A stretch of 64,000 nucleotides of DNA from Christensenellaceae bacterium (GTDB lineage: Bacteria > Bacillota > Clostridia > Christensenellales > Borkfalkiaceae): positions 1,618 through 65,617 of the forward strand of contig JAZRGU010000007.1 of the NCBI GenBank assembly GCA_045644385.1, written 5' to 3'. Below the pieces are notes generated by a model, which saw only the letters and a program-made list of their open reading frames with translations, was not told the origin of the DNA and did not search any database. Positions 25,590 to 36,793 of this stretch are shown piece by piece; position 1 is the stretch's first letter; each line of letters begins with the position of its first letter. Made by a program: the position numbers and the translations under genes.

Positions 25590-26747
25590 TTAAAGCGAAA
25601 TAGTTTCAGCGCCGTTAATAGCGTCTTCAACTAAACCGTCAACGTCAAGCAATTTTTCAAGTTCAACTACTTTTTCTAATTTTGGTTTAATTAAAGGATG
25701 TTTTGGCAAAAATACAGTGCAACAATCTTCGTATGGTAATATGCTAGTTTCAAACGTTCCTATTTTTTCGGCTATTTCTATAATTTCTAACTTATCAAAA
25801 CCTATAAGCGGACGCAATACGGGAAGAATAGACACCGCGTTTTGAGACGACGTTATACTTTCTACCGTTTGACTTGCCACTTGCCCTAAACACTCGCCCG
25901 TAATTATTGCTTGCGCACCAATTTTATTACACAGTTTTTCGGAAATTCTCATCATAAAACGGCGCATCATAGTAATCATATACTCTTCTGGCAGTTTTTC
26001 GTGAATAGCCTCTTGTATTTTTGTAAAGGTAACTACGTGCAAATCAATACCGCTAGCGTAACTTGATAAAATTTTTGCTAAATCTATAACTTTTTGCTTT
26101 GCCATTTCGCTAGTGTACGGATAAGAGTAAAAGTGAACGGCGGAAAGTTTCATACCGCGCTTTGCCATCATATAAGACGCAACGGGGCTATCAATTCCAC
26201 CCGAAAGCATAACCAAGCCTTTACCGGACGAGCCTATCGGCATACCGCCCATCATTTTTATAATTTCTGTAAAAATAAGCGTCTTTTTATTTTCGCGAAT
26301 ATCTATATAAAGGATAAAATCAGGCTCGTGAACGTCAACGCTTAAATTGCCGTTTGCCGACAAAATTTTTCCACCAATCAATTTACTACACTCAACCGAA
26401 TTTAACTCAAAGGACTTGTCCGCACGTTTAGTTTCTACTTTAAAAGTGCCTTTTTTATACTTACACTCGTCTACCGCTACGGAAATTATATCGTTTAAAT
26501 TAGTGTCAATACAAGTTGCAACCGATAACGTGTGTATACCGCTTACCTTTTTTAACGCTTCTATAACGGCGTATACGTCGCCGTCGTTTAACCCTTCAAT
26601 TAAGTATCTGCCTGGTATTTTAAAGAGTTTATATTTAAAGCCTATTAACGCTTTTTTTACGTTTTCTTGCAAAAGTTTTTCAAAAAAACCCCTATTTTTA
26701 CCTTTTAAATGAATTTCGCACCAGCGAATTATTAAAACTTTGCTCAT
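25590..26747 (-). CDS. thiI: tRNA 4-thiouridine synthase ThiI
   Basis: 385 aa with a ferredoxin-like/THUMP N-terminal half and the PP-loop LSGGIDSPVASYMM. Confidence 0.9.
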   Translation of the reverse strand: MSKVLIIRWCEIHLKGKNRGFFEKLLQENVKKALIGFKYKLFKIPGRYLIEGLNDGDVYAVIEALKKVSGIHTLSVATCIDTNLNDIISVAVDECKYKKGTFKVETKRADKSFELNSVECSKLIGGKILSANGNLSVDVHEPDFILYIDIRENKKTLIFTEIIKMMGGMPIGSSGKGLVMLSGGIDSPVASYMMAKRGMKLSAVHFYSYPYTSEMAKQKVIDLAKILSSYASGIDLHVVTFTKIQEAIHEKLPEEYMITMMRRFMMRISEKLCNKIGAQAIITGECLGQVASQTVESITSSQNAVSILPVLRPLIGFDKLEIIEIAEKIGTFETSILPYEDCCTVFLPKHPLIKPKLEKVVELEKLLDVDGLVEDAINGAETISL

Positions 26748-27883
26748 TTTAAATTATACATCGTCCTTTTTAAATTTAATGCAATTTCGTTTAGTTTTTT
26801 TGTAGCAAAAGCAACTTCTTCGCTAGTAGTTTCCGCACAAAAACTAATTCTTATTACGCCGTCTAAAACGTCGTCGCTATACCCAATGCTAGTCAACATT
26901 TTACTGTGCCTGTTTTTAGAAGAACAAGCCGAGCCCGTGCCTATAATAACGCCTTCGCCGTCTAGCATACGCTGTATAACTTCGCCCCTTAAACCTATTG
27001 CAGATAGGCTTATTATATACGGCGAACAATAATTGCTACTTATTACTTTAAACAAGTTTTTATCAAGTAAATTTAAAAATAATTCTTTTAAATTTTTAGC
27101 GTTTTTATAGTTTAATTCAAGTTCGTTATAATGCTTGTTTACGGCGAATTCAAAAATTTTAATTCCAAAAATATTTTCCGTACCGCTTCTAAAACCGCCT
27201 TCTTGCGCACCGCCGTAAATTAACGGCTTTAAATTTTTAACTCTTTTATTTTTTATTAACGCGCCAATGCCTTTAATCGCGTTTATTTTATGGGCGGAAA
27301 CTGAATAAAGGTCTATAAAATCACTTAATTTATAAGGGATTTTTAAAAATGCTTGAACGCCGTCCGAGTGAAATATAACGCGCGGATTAATTTGTTTAAC
27401 TAATTTTGCAATTTCGTTTATATCGTTTATTGCGCCCGTTTCGTTATTAACGTGCACTACCGAAACAAGCGTGGTGTTTTTATCTATTAAAGAAAGTAAA
27501 TTTTCTACGTTAACGCTACCGTCGTCGTTTAACAAAGCAAACCTAACGTCAAACCCCGAATTTTTTAATTCGGTAACGGGCTTAATTATAGCGCTGTGTT
27601 CGCCAAGCGTTGTTACAACGTTACCGCGCCTAGCGTAAGAAAACACCGCAGTATTATCCGATTCGCTACCGCAAGAAGTAAATATAACTTCAAAATTATC
27701 GCCAAAAACGCTATTAAGAACGCTTCGCGCGTCTTTAAGCGCCTTGTTAGCGTCAACTCCGCCCGAGTATAATGCCGAAGCGTTATAAAAGCAATCGTCG
27801 TAGTATTTTTTTGCATATTCAAGCGCCTCGCCGTAAGGCTTTGTAGTTGCGCCGTTGTCTAAATAAATAACGTTTTTTTGCAT
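26744..27883 (-). CDS. Cysteine desulfurase (NifS/IscS class V aminotransferase)
   Basis: 379 aa with the PLP-lysine motif SAHKI and the active-site loop GSACSS. It is translationally coupled to thiI. Confidence 0.85.
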   Translation of the reverse strand: MQKNVIYLDNGATTKPYGEALEYAKKYYDDCFYNASALYSGGVDANKALKDARSVLNSVFGDNFEVIFTSCGSESDNTAVFSYARRGNVVTTLGEHSAIIKPVTELKNSGFDVRFALLNDDGSVNVENLLSLIDKNTTLVSVVHVNNETGAINDINEIAKLVKQINPRVIFHSDGVQAFLKIPYKLSDFIDLYSVSAHKINAIKGIGALIKNKRVKNLKPLIYGGAQEGGFRSGTENIFGIKIFEFAVNKHYNELELNYKNAKNLKELFLNLLDKNLFKVISSNYCSPYIISLSAIGLRGEVIQRMLDGEGVIIGTGSACSSKNRHSKMLTSIGYSDDVLDGVIRISFCAETTSEEVAFATKKLNEIALNLKRTMYNLK

Positions 27884-27886
27884 AGT

Positions 27887-28450
27887 TTATCCTTTGTTTA
27901 ATAATTTTAAATACTCTTTATCAAATTTTTGTTGGTTAGAAAATTTTAAAATATAATCAAACAACTCTTTGTTATAAGAAAGCACTATTATTCTTTTTTC
28001 CCTAGCGCCTTGAACTAAAAAAGCACCGTCAGTTTGAGTTATTTTATCCGTTTTTGCAACGTAAACTTTAAATTCTTTGTTATGCTTATTTTTAGTAAAA
28101 AAACCGCTGTTTAAATTGCCGGCAGATATAATTTTTGAACACTCAAAATTTGCAAACGGAACGGATTTTTTATTGTTTATAACGCGATTTGTTCTAACCG
28201 AGCCGTTTATAAAAGTATAATCGTAAAAGCAATAAAATTTACGTTGTAAAAATCTAGATAAAAGTATTATACCTAACTCTATTATCGTAATAAACCAAAA
28301 AAAGTTTGAAAAGAAAAACGCAATAAAAAACGCAACGGCAAAAAATATTACGTTAACGATTTTTATTGATTTAAAAGTTAAATACAAAACTCTTTGTTTT
28401 TCTATATTGCTAGGCGCAATAGAAACTTCAAAATAATTTTTATCAAACAT
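27887..28450 (-). CDS. Hypothetical membrane protein (2 TM helices plus a C-terminal domain)
   Basis: The 187-aa ORF is packed tightly between mutS2 and the desulfurase gene. No motif was recognised. Confidence 0.4.
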   Translation of the reverse strand: MFDKNYFEVSIAPSNIEKQRVLYLTFKSIKIVNVIFFAVAFFIAFFFSNFFWFITIIELGIILLSRFLQRKFYCFYDYTFINGSVRTNRVINNKKSVPFANFECSKIISAGNLNSGFFTKNKHNKEFKVYVAKTDKITQTDGAFLVQGAREKRIIVLSYNKELFDYILKFSNQQKFDKEYLKLLNKG

Positions 28451-28454
28451 ACCA

Positions 28455-30815
28455 CTATTTAAGCGTTACGATGGTAACGCCGTGCTCCCCCTCTCCGTAT
28501 TTTCCAAATCTAAACGAAACTACTTCTTTTCTATTTTTTAAGTAGTTGTGAATTGCGCTAGATAAAATTTTTAAACCCTTGCCGTGAACTATTCTAACTT
28601 CTTCTAAATTATTTAGCAACGCTTCGTCTAAAAACTTTTGAACTTCTATAATGGCTTCGCTTGCGTCAAGCCCTATAACGTTAACTTCTAGTTTAACGTT
28701 TAAAGCAGACTCTCTTTTTAGCGAAACTGCAACGTTGTTTTTTTGTTTTGAGCCCTTTTTAATATAGGAAATATCGCCAATTTTACAGTTTAGCCTTAAC
28801 GCGCCTATCATAACCCAAACACAGTTTTTACGCTTATTTACTTCTAAAACTTCACCTTCGCCGTTAAGCGATTTTACGTAAACTTTATCTCCCTTTTTTA
28901 ATAAATCTATATTGCAATCTTCATAAGGGTTAAAGGCGTTGTTTTCGCTATCTAAATTATACTTTGCGTTTTCTATTTTGTTTTTTAAGGTAGACATTTT
29001 AACAAGGTCGCCACTTTGATATTCGGCTTTATTAAAAATATCCTTCATTTGTTCAAGCAATTCTTCGGCTTCAAAAAGCCTGTTTTCAAAAGTTTTTTTT
29101 GCGTCTAACTTTGCTTTTAATAACAATTTTTCTTTATCTTTTTCTAATTTTTGGCGTTCAAGTTCAACTTCTTTTAAAAGTGATTGTTGCTTTAGCTTTA
29201 ATTCGTTAATAAGCGCGCCGTCTTTTTCGGCTTTTTCTTTAACCATTTCGGCTTCTTTTATCATATTGTTAAAAGAAACTTTTTCGCTAGATAAAAAGCC
29301 CGTTGCAAGATTTGCAATTTCTTTATCTAAACCAAGCCTTACCGCAATTTCTATCGCGTTTGACGAGCCTGCAAGCCCACTGCGTAGTTTATATAGCGGA
29401 GCAAAAGTTTGATTGTCAAATTCCATAGACGCGTTTAAAATATCGCTAGAAGAATAAGCATACTCTTTTAAACTGTTAAAATGCGTAGTTACAAGCCCGA
29501 ACGTTTGCCTTTTAACAAGAGTTTGTATTACGGCAAGCGCAAGCGCGCTACCTTCGTCTGGGTCGGTTCCCGCACCTAATTCGTCAATTAAAACCAAGCA
29601 TTTTTCGTTTGCTATTTTTAAAATATTAACTATGTTTTTTAAATGCGAAGAAAACGTTGAAAGGTTTTGTTCTATGCTTTGCTCGTCGCCAATATCAACG
29701 CAAACGTCGTTAAATACGGAAAGCGTGCTACCTTCTTGACAAGGCACGAACATGCCAGACATAGCCATTAAAGTAAGTAAACCCACTAATTTTAAAGTAA
29801 CCGTTTTTCCACCCGTGTTTGGTCCGGATATTAAAACGTATCTATACTCGTAACCAAGTTTAACGCTAACGGGAACTACTTTACTAGCGTCAATTAAAGG
29901 GTGCCTACCTTTTATAACGTCAATTTTGCCGTTTGCGTTTAAATTTGGATATACGCTTTTGGTGCTAAAAGCGTAATGCGCCTTGCTAAAAGTTAAGTCC
30001 ACGTCGGTTAAATATTTAACGTTATCGTTTAATAAAGTGGCAATTTGCCCAACCGAATTAGAAAGTTCAAGTAAAATTCTTTCAACTTCTATACCTTCAC
30101 TTAAAACGGCGCTACGAAGTTCGTTATTTAAAGTTAAAATTTCTTGCGGTTCAACAAAAAACGTGTTTCCGCTTGCCGACCTATCGTGAATAAACCCGTT
30201 AACTTGCGTTACGTATTCAGACTTAACGGGAATAACGTATCTACCAGAACGCATAGAAACTACGTTATCTTGCATAAACTTATTGCCGTCTTTTCTCATA
30301 TAAGCCGACAGTTTTAAACGAATTTTTTCGTTTATTTCTTTAATTTGATTTCTTATATTATACAGTTTTAAAGAGGCGTTATCCGCCATTTGCGTTTCGT
30401 TTATTATTTTAGAAAAAATATCGTTTTCTAAACTGCTGTGAGTATATATTTTAGTTGCAATATCTTTTAAAATAGGCGCGTTTGTAATTGAGTTTTCTAG
30501 CGTTGATTTTAATATTCTTGAAGCCCTTAACAGTTTAGCGCATTTTAAAAGCTCTTTAAAAGAAAGCATACCGCCCCTACTAGCGCGTTCGGGCTCGTCA
30601 AACATCTCTTCAAAATATTCAACGTTAGAAACGCCTTCGTTATAAAGTAAAGCGTAAGCCTCGTTTGTTTTTTCTAAAAGGTGCTTTGCTAAAACTATAT
30701 TAGAAGTAGGCTCTAAATTTAAAATAGAGGTTTTCGTGCTATCTAATACGGCGTAGTTTAGCAACTTATTTAAAACTTTGTCGTATTCAAGTAGTTGAGT
30801 TGACTTTTTAAGCAT
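28455..30815 (-). CDS. mutS2: Endonuclease MutS2
   Basis: 786 aa with Walker A GPNTGGKTVTLK, a coiled-coil region and a C-terminal Smr domain (VRIVHGKG). Confidence 0.95.
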   Translation of the reverse strand: MLKKSTQLLEYDKVLNKLLNYAVLDSTKTSILNLEPTSNIVLAKHLLEKTNEAYALLYNEGVSNVEYFEEMFDEPERASRGGMLSFKELLKCAKLLRASRILKSTLENSITNAPILKDIATKIYTHSSLENDIFSKIINETQMADNASLKLYNIRNQIKEINEKIRLKLSAYMRKDGNKFMQDNVVSMRSGRYVIPVKSEYVTQVNGFIHDRSASGNTFFVEPQEILTLNNELRSAVLSEGIEVERILLELSNSVGQIATLLNDNVKYLTDVDLTFSKAHYAFSTKSVYPNLNANGKIDVIKGRHPLIDASKVVPVSVKLGYEYRYVLISGPNTGGKTVTLKLVGLLTLMAMSGMFVPCQEGSTLSVFNDVCVDIGDEQSIEQNLSTFSSHLKNIVNILKIANEKCLVLIDELGAGTDPDEGSALALAVIQTLVKRQTFGLVTTHFNSLKEYAYSSSDILNASMEFDNQTFAPLYKLRSGLAGSSNAIEIAVRLGLDKEIANLATGFLSSEKVSFNNMIKEAEMVKEKAEKDGALINELKLKQQSLLKEVELERQKLEKDKEKLLLKAKLDAKKTFENRLFEAEELLEQMKDIFNKAEYQSGDLVKMSTLKNKIENAKYNLDSENNAFNPYEDCNIDLLKKGDKVYVKSLNGEGEVLEVNKRKNCVWVMIGALRLNCKIGDISYIKKGSKQKNNVAVSLKRESALNVKLEVNVIGLDASEAIIEVQKFLDEALLNNLEEVRIVHGKGLKILSSAIHNYLKNRKEVVSFRFGKYGEGEHGVTIVTLK

Positions 30816-32983
30816 TACAAAACCCCCTTATAAAAATTTGCTTTGGTTTTATTTTGTACACCAAGCGCTTCATAGTTTATTTTTAAATCTTTTATGGTAG
30901 AAAAATTTTCAGCGCTTACGTCAAGATAATAACTATTATAAATTCTAAACCTACACTCGCTTAACTTATATCTTTCTACTATAAATTTTCTATTTTCGTT
31001 GTCTTTTAATATAAACTCATTATCTACTAAACAGTCCGCACAGTTTTTAGAGAACGGGCAGTATATTAAATCCATAATTTCAATAGCGCCCTCGTTAAAA
31101 ACTATTAAACCGTCGTTTACGTTTTTAATTTCGTTTAACGAAAGTTCTTTTGAAGCGCAAATTAAACGCGCGCCGTCGCCAAACAAACAAGCAACGTCAA
31201 CGTCGTTAAACGCGTTTACCCCTACACCGCAAAAAAATTCTATTCCGTTAATTTTACAGTACTCAACCGCCCAATACGAGTTTATATATAAACCGCTAAA
31301 ATAACCTTTAATTTTATTAATAATTTCTAAATCATTTTTTTCTAAATAAGGCGGTAAATACAAATAAACTTTTGCTCCGTTTTGGCTTAAAGTTTTAACG
31401 CTTGTTGCGTCAACGCTATTGTAATTATTTGGCGAATATATTATATAATTATAACCGCTAAAAGTTTTAACTTCACTTGTTATTATAGCCTTAACGCTTT
31501 CGTTAAGAAGCGGTTTTTTAAAATTGTAAAAATCTTTATAATTTACGATATTTACTTGATTTTTTAAACAATTTTTAAAAAATAATTTTTCGTATAAACT
31601 AGCGCGTAAACGATTTAGCACGCCTTTTGAAATAAATAAATTTTCATCAAAATTTTTAAAGTTTACGCTAACTTTAAAAGGATAAACGTCTACTTTATTT
31701 AAATTGTTTATTACGTCTTGTTTAGTGGCGCTTTGCGTTTTAGAAGGCGTTAAAACCTCGCTAGATTTTACTAAAATATCTTCGCATAAAAGCGTTAAAT
31801 AATCGCCGTTTTTAACAGTTACGTCAACCGTTATTTGCTTTAACGCCGTGCGTTTTAAGTTATCGTTTAACAAAACGTCTTTGGTAATACTTACCGTATC
31901 GCCCGCGCGTATTTTCCCCTTAAATTTTAACGTTTGCTTACCGCTTGCTAAAACGCTTGCAAAACCGTTGCCAACTTCTTTGCCGTCGCGCAATATCTTA
32001 AAAGCGTCGCCATCGTTAAATTTTACGTTTTTAGTTACGGTAAAAGTATCTTTTAAAACGTTGTTTACGGTTGTAACGGCAAGCCCTTTATGCCCTTGAA
32101 TTTTTGAACTAATAAAGTTTTTTGGTTGGCTAGTTGCAAGCGAAGTAGTGTAATCTCCCCTATTATACGCTTTTTTTAAAGAGTTAAACAAACTGCTTGT
32201 ATCTTCGCCGTTAAGCGCCGACTTATACAGTAAAACCGAAGCCCTAACGTATTCTTCACTACGCATACGCCCTTCAATTTTAAACGACGTTACGCCTGCT
32301 TTTATATACTTATTTAACTCGTCTTTTAAACATAAATCGGATAAAGAAAGCACGTAACCGCTTTTTAAGACTTTTCCGCTTGTAGTTTCGTACGTATATT
32401 CCTTTCTACAAGGTTGTTTGCAAAGCCCCCTATTTCCGCTATTTGCCCCGATGTACGACGACATATAACAATGCCCCGAAAAACAAGTACACAACGCGCC
32501 TTGAACAAAAATTTCGGTTTCAATAATTTTGCAGATTTTTTTAATATCTTCAAATTTTGTTTCCCTTGCTAATATAACCCTAGAAAACCCGTATCTTTTT
32601 GCTTGTATTGCGCCGTATTCATTACAAACGCCCGCTTGCGTTGAAAGATGTAAAACGGCGTTTGGTAGCATATTTTTAATTACTTTACCCAAAAACACGT
32701 CTTGAATAATAAATGCGTCTACCCCTATATTATAGGCGTAAACTATACTATCTAAAACGGCGTTTAATTCCGAGTTTTTAATTAAAGTGTTTACCGTTAA
32801 ATAAGTTTTTACGTTAAACGTTTTTGCGTATGCAACGGCGTATTTTAACTCGTCTCTACTAAAATTTTGCGAATTTTTGCGTGCCGAAAAATCTTGCAAA
32901 CCCAAATAAACGGCGTTTGCACCAGACTCTACACTTGCTATTAAGTTTTGCATATTGCCTGCCGGCGACAAAATTTCTATCAT
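30815..32983 (-). CDS. U32-family peptidase-like protein, long form
   Basis: 722 aa with the U32 signature EIFVQGALCTCFSGHCYMSS. Confidence 0.8.
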   Translation of the reverse strand: MIEILSPAGNMQNLIASVESGANAVYLGLQDFSARKNSQNFSRDELKYAVAYAKTFNVKTYLTVNTLIKNSELNAVLDSIVYAYNIGVDAFIIQDVFLGKVIKNMLPNAVLHLSTQAGVCNEYGAIQAKRYGFSRVILARETKFEDIKKICKIIETEIFVQGALCTCFSGHCYMSSYIGANSGNRGLCKQPCRKEYTYETTSGKVLKSGYVLSLSDLCLKDELNKYIKAGVTSFKIEGRMRSEEYVRASVLLYKSALNGEDTSSLFNSLKKAYNRGDYTTSLATSQPKNFISSKIQGHKGLAVTTVNNVLKDTFTVTKNVKFNDGDAFKILRDGKEVGNGFASVLASGKQTLKFKGKIRAGDTVSITKDVLLNDNLKRTALKQITVDVTVKNGDYLTLLCEDILVKSSEVLTPSKTQSATKQDVINNLNKVDVYPFKVSVNFKNFDENLFISKGVLNRLRASLYEKLFFKNCLKNQVNIVNYKDFYNFKKPLLNESVKAIITSEVKTFSGYNYIIYSPNNYNSVDATSVKTLSQNGAKVYLYLPPYLEKNDLEIINKIKGYFSGLYINSYWAVEYCKINGIEFFCGVGVNAFNDVDVACLFGDGARLICASKELSLNEIKNVNDGLIVFNEGAIEIMDLIYCPFSKNCADCLVDNEFILKDNENRKFIVERYKLSECRFRIYNSYYLDVSAENFSTIKDLKINYEALGVQNKTKANFYKGVL

Positions 32984-33027
32984 TATTTTAGTTTAATATA
33001 CCGCCACAAGCAAAGTGGCGGTATAAA

Positions 33028-35457
33028 TTACCTTAATTCTATATTTGCTTTTTTTAGGTTGGCAAGTATTTTATTTACGCTTGCATCAACTTCTTCCATA
33101 GTTAAAGAACGTTCAAGCGATGAAAATACCAAGTGGTACGCCATACTCTTTTTGCCGTTTTCGGCAAGTTGACCACCCTCGTAAATATCAAAAATTTCAA
33201 CCGAAACAAGAGTTTTATCACTGCCTTTTTTAATCAATTTAATGGTTTCGCCGTTAGTTACGGACTTGTCCATTACAAGCGCCAAATCGCGTTCAATAGA
33301 CGGGAATTTAGAAATAGCCTTAAACTGCGGTTTTTTGTTTAGCATATTTGCTATTAAATAGAAATAAATTTCGCCAACGTAAACGCGTTTATCTATACCA
33401 AAATTCTCGCAAACTTCTGGGTTTAACTCGCCAAAAAATCCAACGCTTTTATTTCCAATAACAACTTCGCAACTTCTTGTTGGGTGCATAAACGGTTTAT
33501 CGCATTTAACGTAATCTACTTTAAAACTTGCGTGTAAAACTTCTAGCAACCCTTCAACTACGCCTTTTAACGTGTAAAAATCTTCGTTTTCGCCAAAAGC
33601 ACCCAAAGAAATACACAAGTTTTCGTTTGGCAATTCTTCAAGCGGTAAAGACTTTGGCTTATATTCAACGCCAAACTCAAAAAGCCTACCCTCTAAATTC
33701 TTTTTGTTTAAATTGCTTGCTATAACTTTAACCATAGACGGCATTAAAGACGTGCGCATTACCGACATATCTTCGCCAAGCGGATTAAATATTTTAACGT
33801 AGTTATACTCGCTTAAAGTAGTGTCTATATTAAGCATTTCGTAATCTTTTGGAGAAATAAACGAGTAGTTAATAGTCTCTAAAAATCCTTGCATAACCAA
33901 ATAATTTTTAGCGGTATTAAGGTCTTTTTGCTCTTTGGTTAAACCGCCAACGGTAAGAGAAGCGTCGTCAAGCAACGTGTCAACGATATTATCGTAACCG
34001 TACATTCTTATAACTTCTTCTGCAATGTCTGGATAATCTTCAATATCGTCGCGGTATAAAGGAACTGTAATTTCTATATCGTCGTTACTAATTTTTACGC
34101 CAAATTCAAGAGATTTTAAAATACTTTCTATAACGCTAGGCTCAACGTTTATGCCTAAAACTTTATTTATTTTAGAAATTTTTGTGTTTAAAATTTTAGG
34201 CTCTAAACTTACGGCGTTGCAATCTATATAAGAAGCCGAAACTCTACCTGCTTTAAGTTCGTCAATAAGCGCTAACGCCCTTTGCATACCTAAATTTGCA
34301 ATGTATGCGTCAGTTCCCTTTTCAAAACGTGAAGAAGAATCTGAACGCTTTCCTAAACTACGTGAAGTTTTTCTAATACTATCGCGCTTAAACATTGCCG
34401 ATTCAAACACAATTTGAGTAGTTTTATCGCTAATGCAACTGTTTATACCGCCCATAATACCCGCAATACATTGTGGTTTAACCCCGTCGCAAATAACTAA
34501 ATTTGAAGAATTTAAAGTAAATTCTTTTTCGTCAAGAGTAGTTATTTTTTCGCCGTCAGTCGCACGCCTTACTATAATTTTTTTGTCTTCTAAATTTTCG
34601 TAGTCAAAACTGTGCATAGGTTGACCTATTTCCATTAAAACAAAGTTAGTTATGTCAACTATGTTGTTAATGGCGTTTATGCCAACGCTTTTTAACCTTT
34701 TTTGCATCCAAAGTGGAGATTGTTCTATTTTAATTTCGTCTACGTAAGAAGCAACGTAACGTGGACACAACTCGCTATCTTTAACTATAACGCTTAATTT
34801 ATCTTGCGTTTTAACGTCGCTTACCTTATACGACAAGTTAGGCATTTTTAACGGCCTATTTAAGATTGCCGAAACTTCGCGCGCTAAACCTAAAATACTT
34901 TGACAGTCAGGTCTATTAGCCGTTACGTTAATGTCAAAAATAATTTCGCCCAAACCTACTATTTTTTTAACGTCTTCACCGTTTTTGCAATTATTATCTA
35001 ATATCAAAAGCCCGTCGTAAGAAGCGCCTTTATACATATCTTCCGTAACGCCTATTTCGCCACCTGCGCAAAGCATACCAAAAGAATCGTAACCCCTTAA
35101 CTTGCCGGCTTTAATAGTCATAACGCCTTCTATCGTTTTATGGTCGCTTCCCGTAGCGTAAACGGTTGCGCCAATTAACGCGCAAGGTGCTTTAATTCCA
35201 ACTTTAACGTTGTCTGCACCACAACAAATTTGAAAAACACCGTGCTCGCCACAGTCAACTTTACAAAGGTGAAGATGAGTGCCTTCTATACCCTCGCACT
35301 CTAAAACTTCGCCTACAACTACTTTTGAAATTTCTTTTCCGTATTCAATAACCTCTTCTACTTCAAAACCGCAAGAAAAAAGTTTATTTTGAAGTTCTAA
35401 AACTGAAACGTCTGTTAAGTCAACGTAATCATTTAACCACTCTAATGGAAGTTTCAT
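33028..35457 (-). CDS. pheT: Phenylalanine--tRNA ligase beta subunit
   Basis: 809 aa. It starts MKLPLEWLNDYVDL and has tRNA-binding, B3/4, B5 and C-terminal FDX-ACB regions. Confidence 0.95.
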   Translation of the reverse strand: MKLPLEWLNDYVDLTDVSVLELQNKLFSCGFEVEEVIEYGKEISKVVVGEVLECEGIEGTHLHLCKVDCGEHGVFQICCGADNVKVGIKAPCALIGATVYATGSDHKTIEGVMTIKAGKLRGYDSFGMLCAGGEIGVTEDMYKGASYDGLLILDNNCKNGEDVKKIVGLGEIIFDINVTANRPDCQSILGLAREVSAILNRPLKMPNLSYKVSDVKTQDKLSVIVKDSELCPRYVASYVDEIKIEQSPLWMQKRLKSVGINAINNIVDITNFVLMEIGQPMHSFDYENLEDKKIIVRRATDGEKITTLDEKEFTLNSSNLVICDGVKPQCIAGIMGGINSCISDKTTQIVFESAMFKRDSIRKTSRSLGKRSDSSSRFEKGTDAYIANLGMQRALALIDELKAGRVSASYIDCNAVSLEPKILNTKISKINKVLGINVEPSVIESILKSLEFGVKISNDDIEITVPLYRDDIEDYPDIAEEVIRMYGYDNIVDTLLDDASLTVGGLTKEQKDLNTAKNYLVMQGFLETINYSFISPKDYEMLNIDTTLSEYNYVKIFNPLGEDMSVMRTSLMPSMVKVIASNLNKKNLEGRLFEFGVEYKPKSLPLEELPNENLCISLGAFGENEDFYTLKGVVEGLLEVLHASFKVDYVKCDKPFMHPTRSCEVVIGNKSVGFFGELNPEVCENFGIDKRVYVGEIYFYLIANMLNKKPQFKAISKFPSIERDLALVMDKSVTNGETIKLIKKGSDKTLVSVEIFDIYEGGQLAENGKKSMAYHLVFSSLERSLTMEEVDASVNKILANLKKANIELR

Positions 35458-35470
35458 AAAAATCCCCTCC

Positions 35471-36490
35471 TTATTTAAATTGCTTTAAAAAGCGCACGTC
35501 GTTTTCAAAGAAAAGCCTAATATCTGGAATTTTATATTTTAATATTGCTATTCTTTCAATACCCATACCAAAGGCATAGCCCGAATAAACGTTGCTATCA
35601 ATACCGCAAGCGTCTAAAACCTTTTTGTTTACTATGCCGGCGCCTAAAATTTCTATCCAACCCGTGCCTTTGCAAAGTTTACACCCCTTGCCGTGACACT
35701 CCGAACAAGAAACGTCTACTTCAACGCTAGGCTCCGTAAACGGAAAGTATGACGGACGCAACCTAGTTTTAGTATCTTTACCAAACATAATTTTAACGAA
35801 CTCGTCAAGCGTTCCTTTTAAGTCGCATAAAGTTATGCCTTTATCTACTACTAAGCCTTCCATTTGATGAAACATTGGCGAGTGCGAAGCGTCGCTATCC
35901 GAACGGTAAACTTTACCGGGGCTTAATATTTTAATAGGAGGCTTTTGTTTAAGCATAACCCTTGCTTGTCCCGCAGAGGTTTGAGTACGAAGCAAGATAT
36001 TATCGTTAATATAAAACGTGTCTTGCATATCGCGTGCGGGGTGGTCAATAGGAATATTTAACATTTGGAAGTTATAATAATCTTCTTCAATTTCAGGTCC
36101 TTCAAAAACGCTAAAACCCATACCCGTAAACGCTTCAATTAATTCGTTTCTAACAAGCGTTATTGGGTGAAGCGAGCCTAATTTATTAGATTTTGCAGGC
36201 ATAGTTATATCTATTGCTTCTTCTTTAAAAGTTTGTAAACGTTCAGCCTTTTTAAGAACTTCTTCGCGCGAGGCAAAAAGTTGTTCAATTTCTAATCTAA
36301 CTTCGTTAATTAGTTTGCCCGCTTCCGGACGTTCTTCTTTTGGCAAATCTTTCATACCCTTTAAAAGTTCGGTTATTTCGCCGGACTTTCCAAAATACTT
36401 AACTTTAACGTCAAAAAGTTCTTTGTTGTTAGCGGAATTTGAAATATCCGCACTTGCTTTTTGTTTAATAAGAGCTAGTTTTTCCTTCAT
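35471..36490 (-). CDS. pheS: Phenylalanine--tRNA ligase alpha subunit
   Basis: 339 aa with class II motifs including [18 protein letters not shown] and GMGIERI. Confidence 0.95.
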   Translation of the reverse strand: MKEKLALIKQKASADISNSANNKELFDVKVKYFGKSGEITELLKGMKDLPKEERPEAGKLINEVRLEIEQLFASREEVLKKAERLQTFKEEAIDITMPAKSNKLGSLHPITLVRNELIEAFTGMGFSVFEGPEIEEDYYNFQMLNIPIDHPARDMQDTFYINDNILLRTQTSAGQARVMLKQKPPIKILSPGKVYRSDSDASHSPMFHQMEGLVVDKGITLCDLKGTLDEFVKIMFGKDTKTRLRPSYFPFTEPSVEVDVSCSECHGKGCKLCKGTGWIEILGAGIVNKKVLDACGIDSNVYSGYAFGMGIERIAILKYKIPDIRLFFENDVRFLKQFK

Positions 36491-36504
36491 ACCTTCTCCT
36501 TAAT

Positions 36505-36715
36505 ATAAAAAAATAAGAAACCCCTTTAAAAAGGGCGTTTCTTAACGCTGTACCACCTTAATTTATGCAAATATATTGCACCTTGTGCGCTTGTAACGAA
36601 AGCGAACGGCTCGGCTTACTTAATTCGGCTTGCAACTCCAAAGTGAATAGCGTTTTATCAGTAGTTAAAGGCTTTCAGCGCAACGCCTTTAATCTCTAAA
36701 CAAACAACAAAAACG
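36505..36715 (-). promoter_or_regulatory. T-box riboswitch leader of pheST
   Basis: On the minus strand there is an AGAGA box (plus 36693-36697) and the conserved T-box AAGGUGGUACAGCG (plus 36546-36559). It overlaps the terminator GAAACGCCCUUUUUAAAGGGGUUUC plus a U-run (about 36511-36542). UUC triplets occur in the stem I region. Confidence 0.8.
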
Positions 36716-36760
36716 CCTGTCTTTTTCATAGTTTTTATACATTTATTTAATTTTATATTA

Positions 36761-36789
36761 ATTATACTAATTATTTTTATAATTGTCAA
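36761..36789 (-). promoter_or_regulatory. Consensus promoter of the pheST T-box leader (TTGACA-17-TATAAT)
   Basis: The -35 is at 36784-36789 and the -10 at 36761-36766 (plus-strand coordinates). Confidence 0.6.
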
Positions 36790-36793
36790 TCGT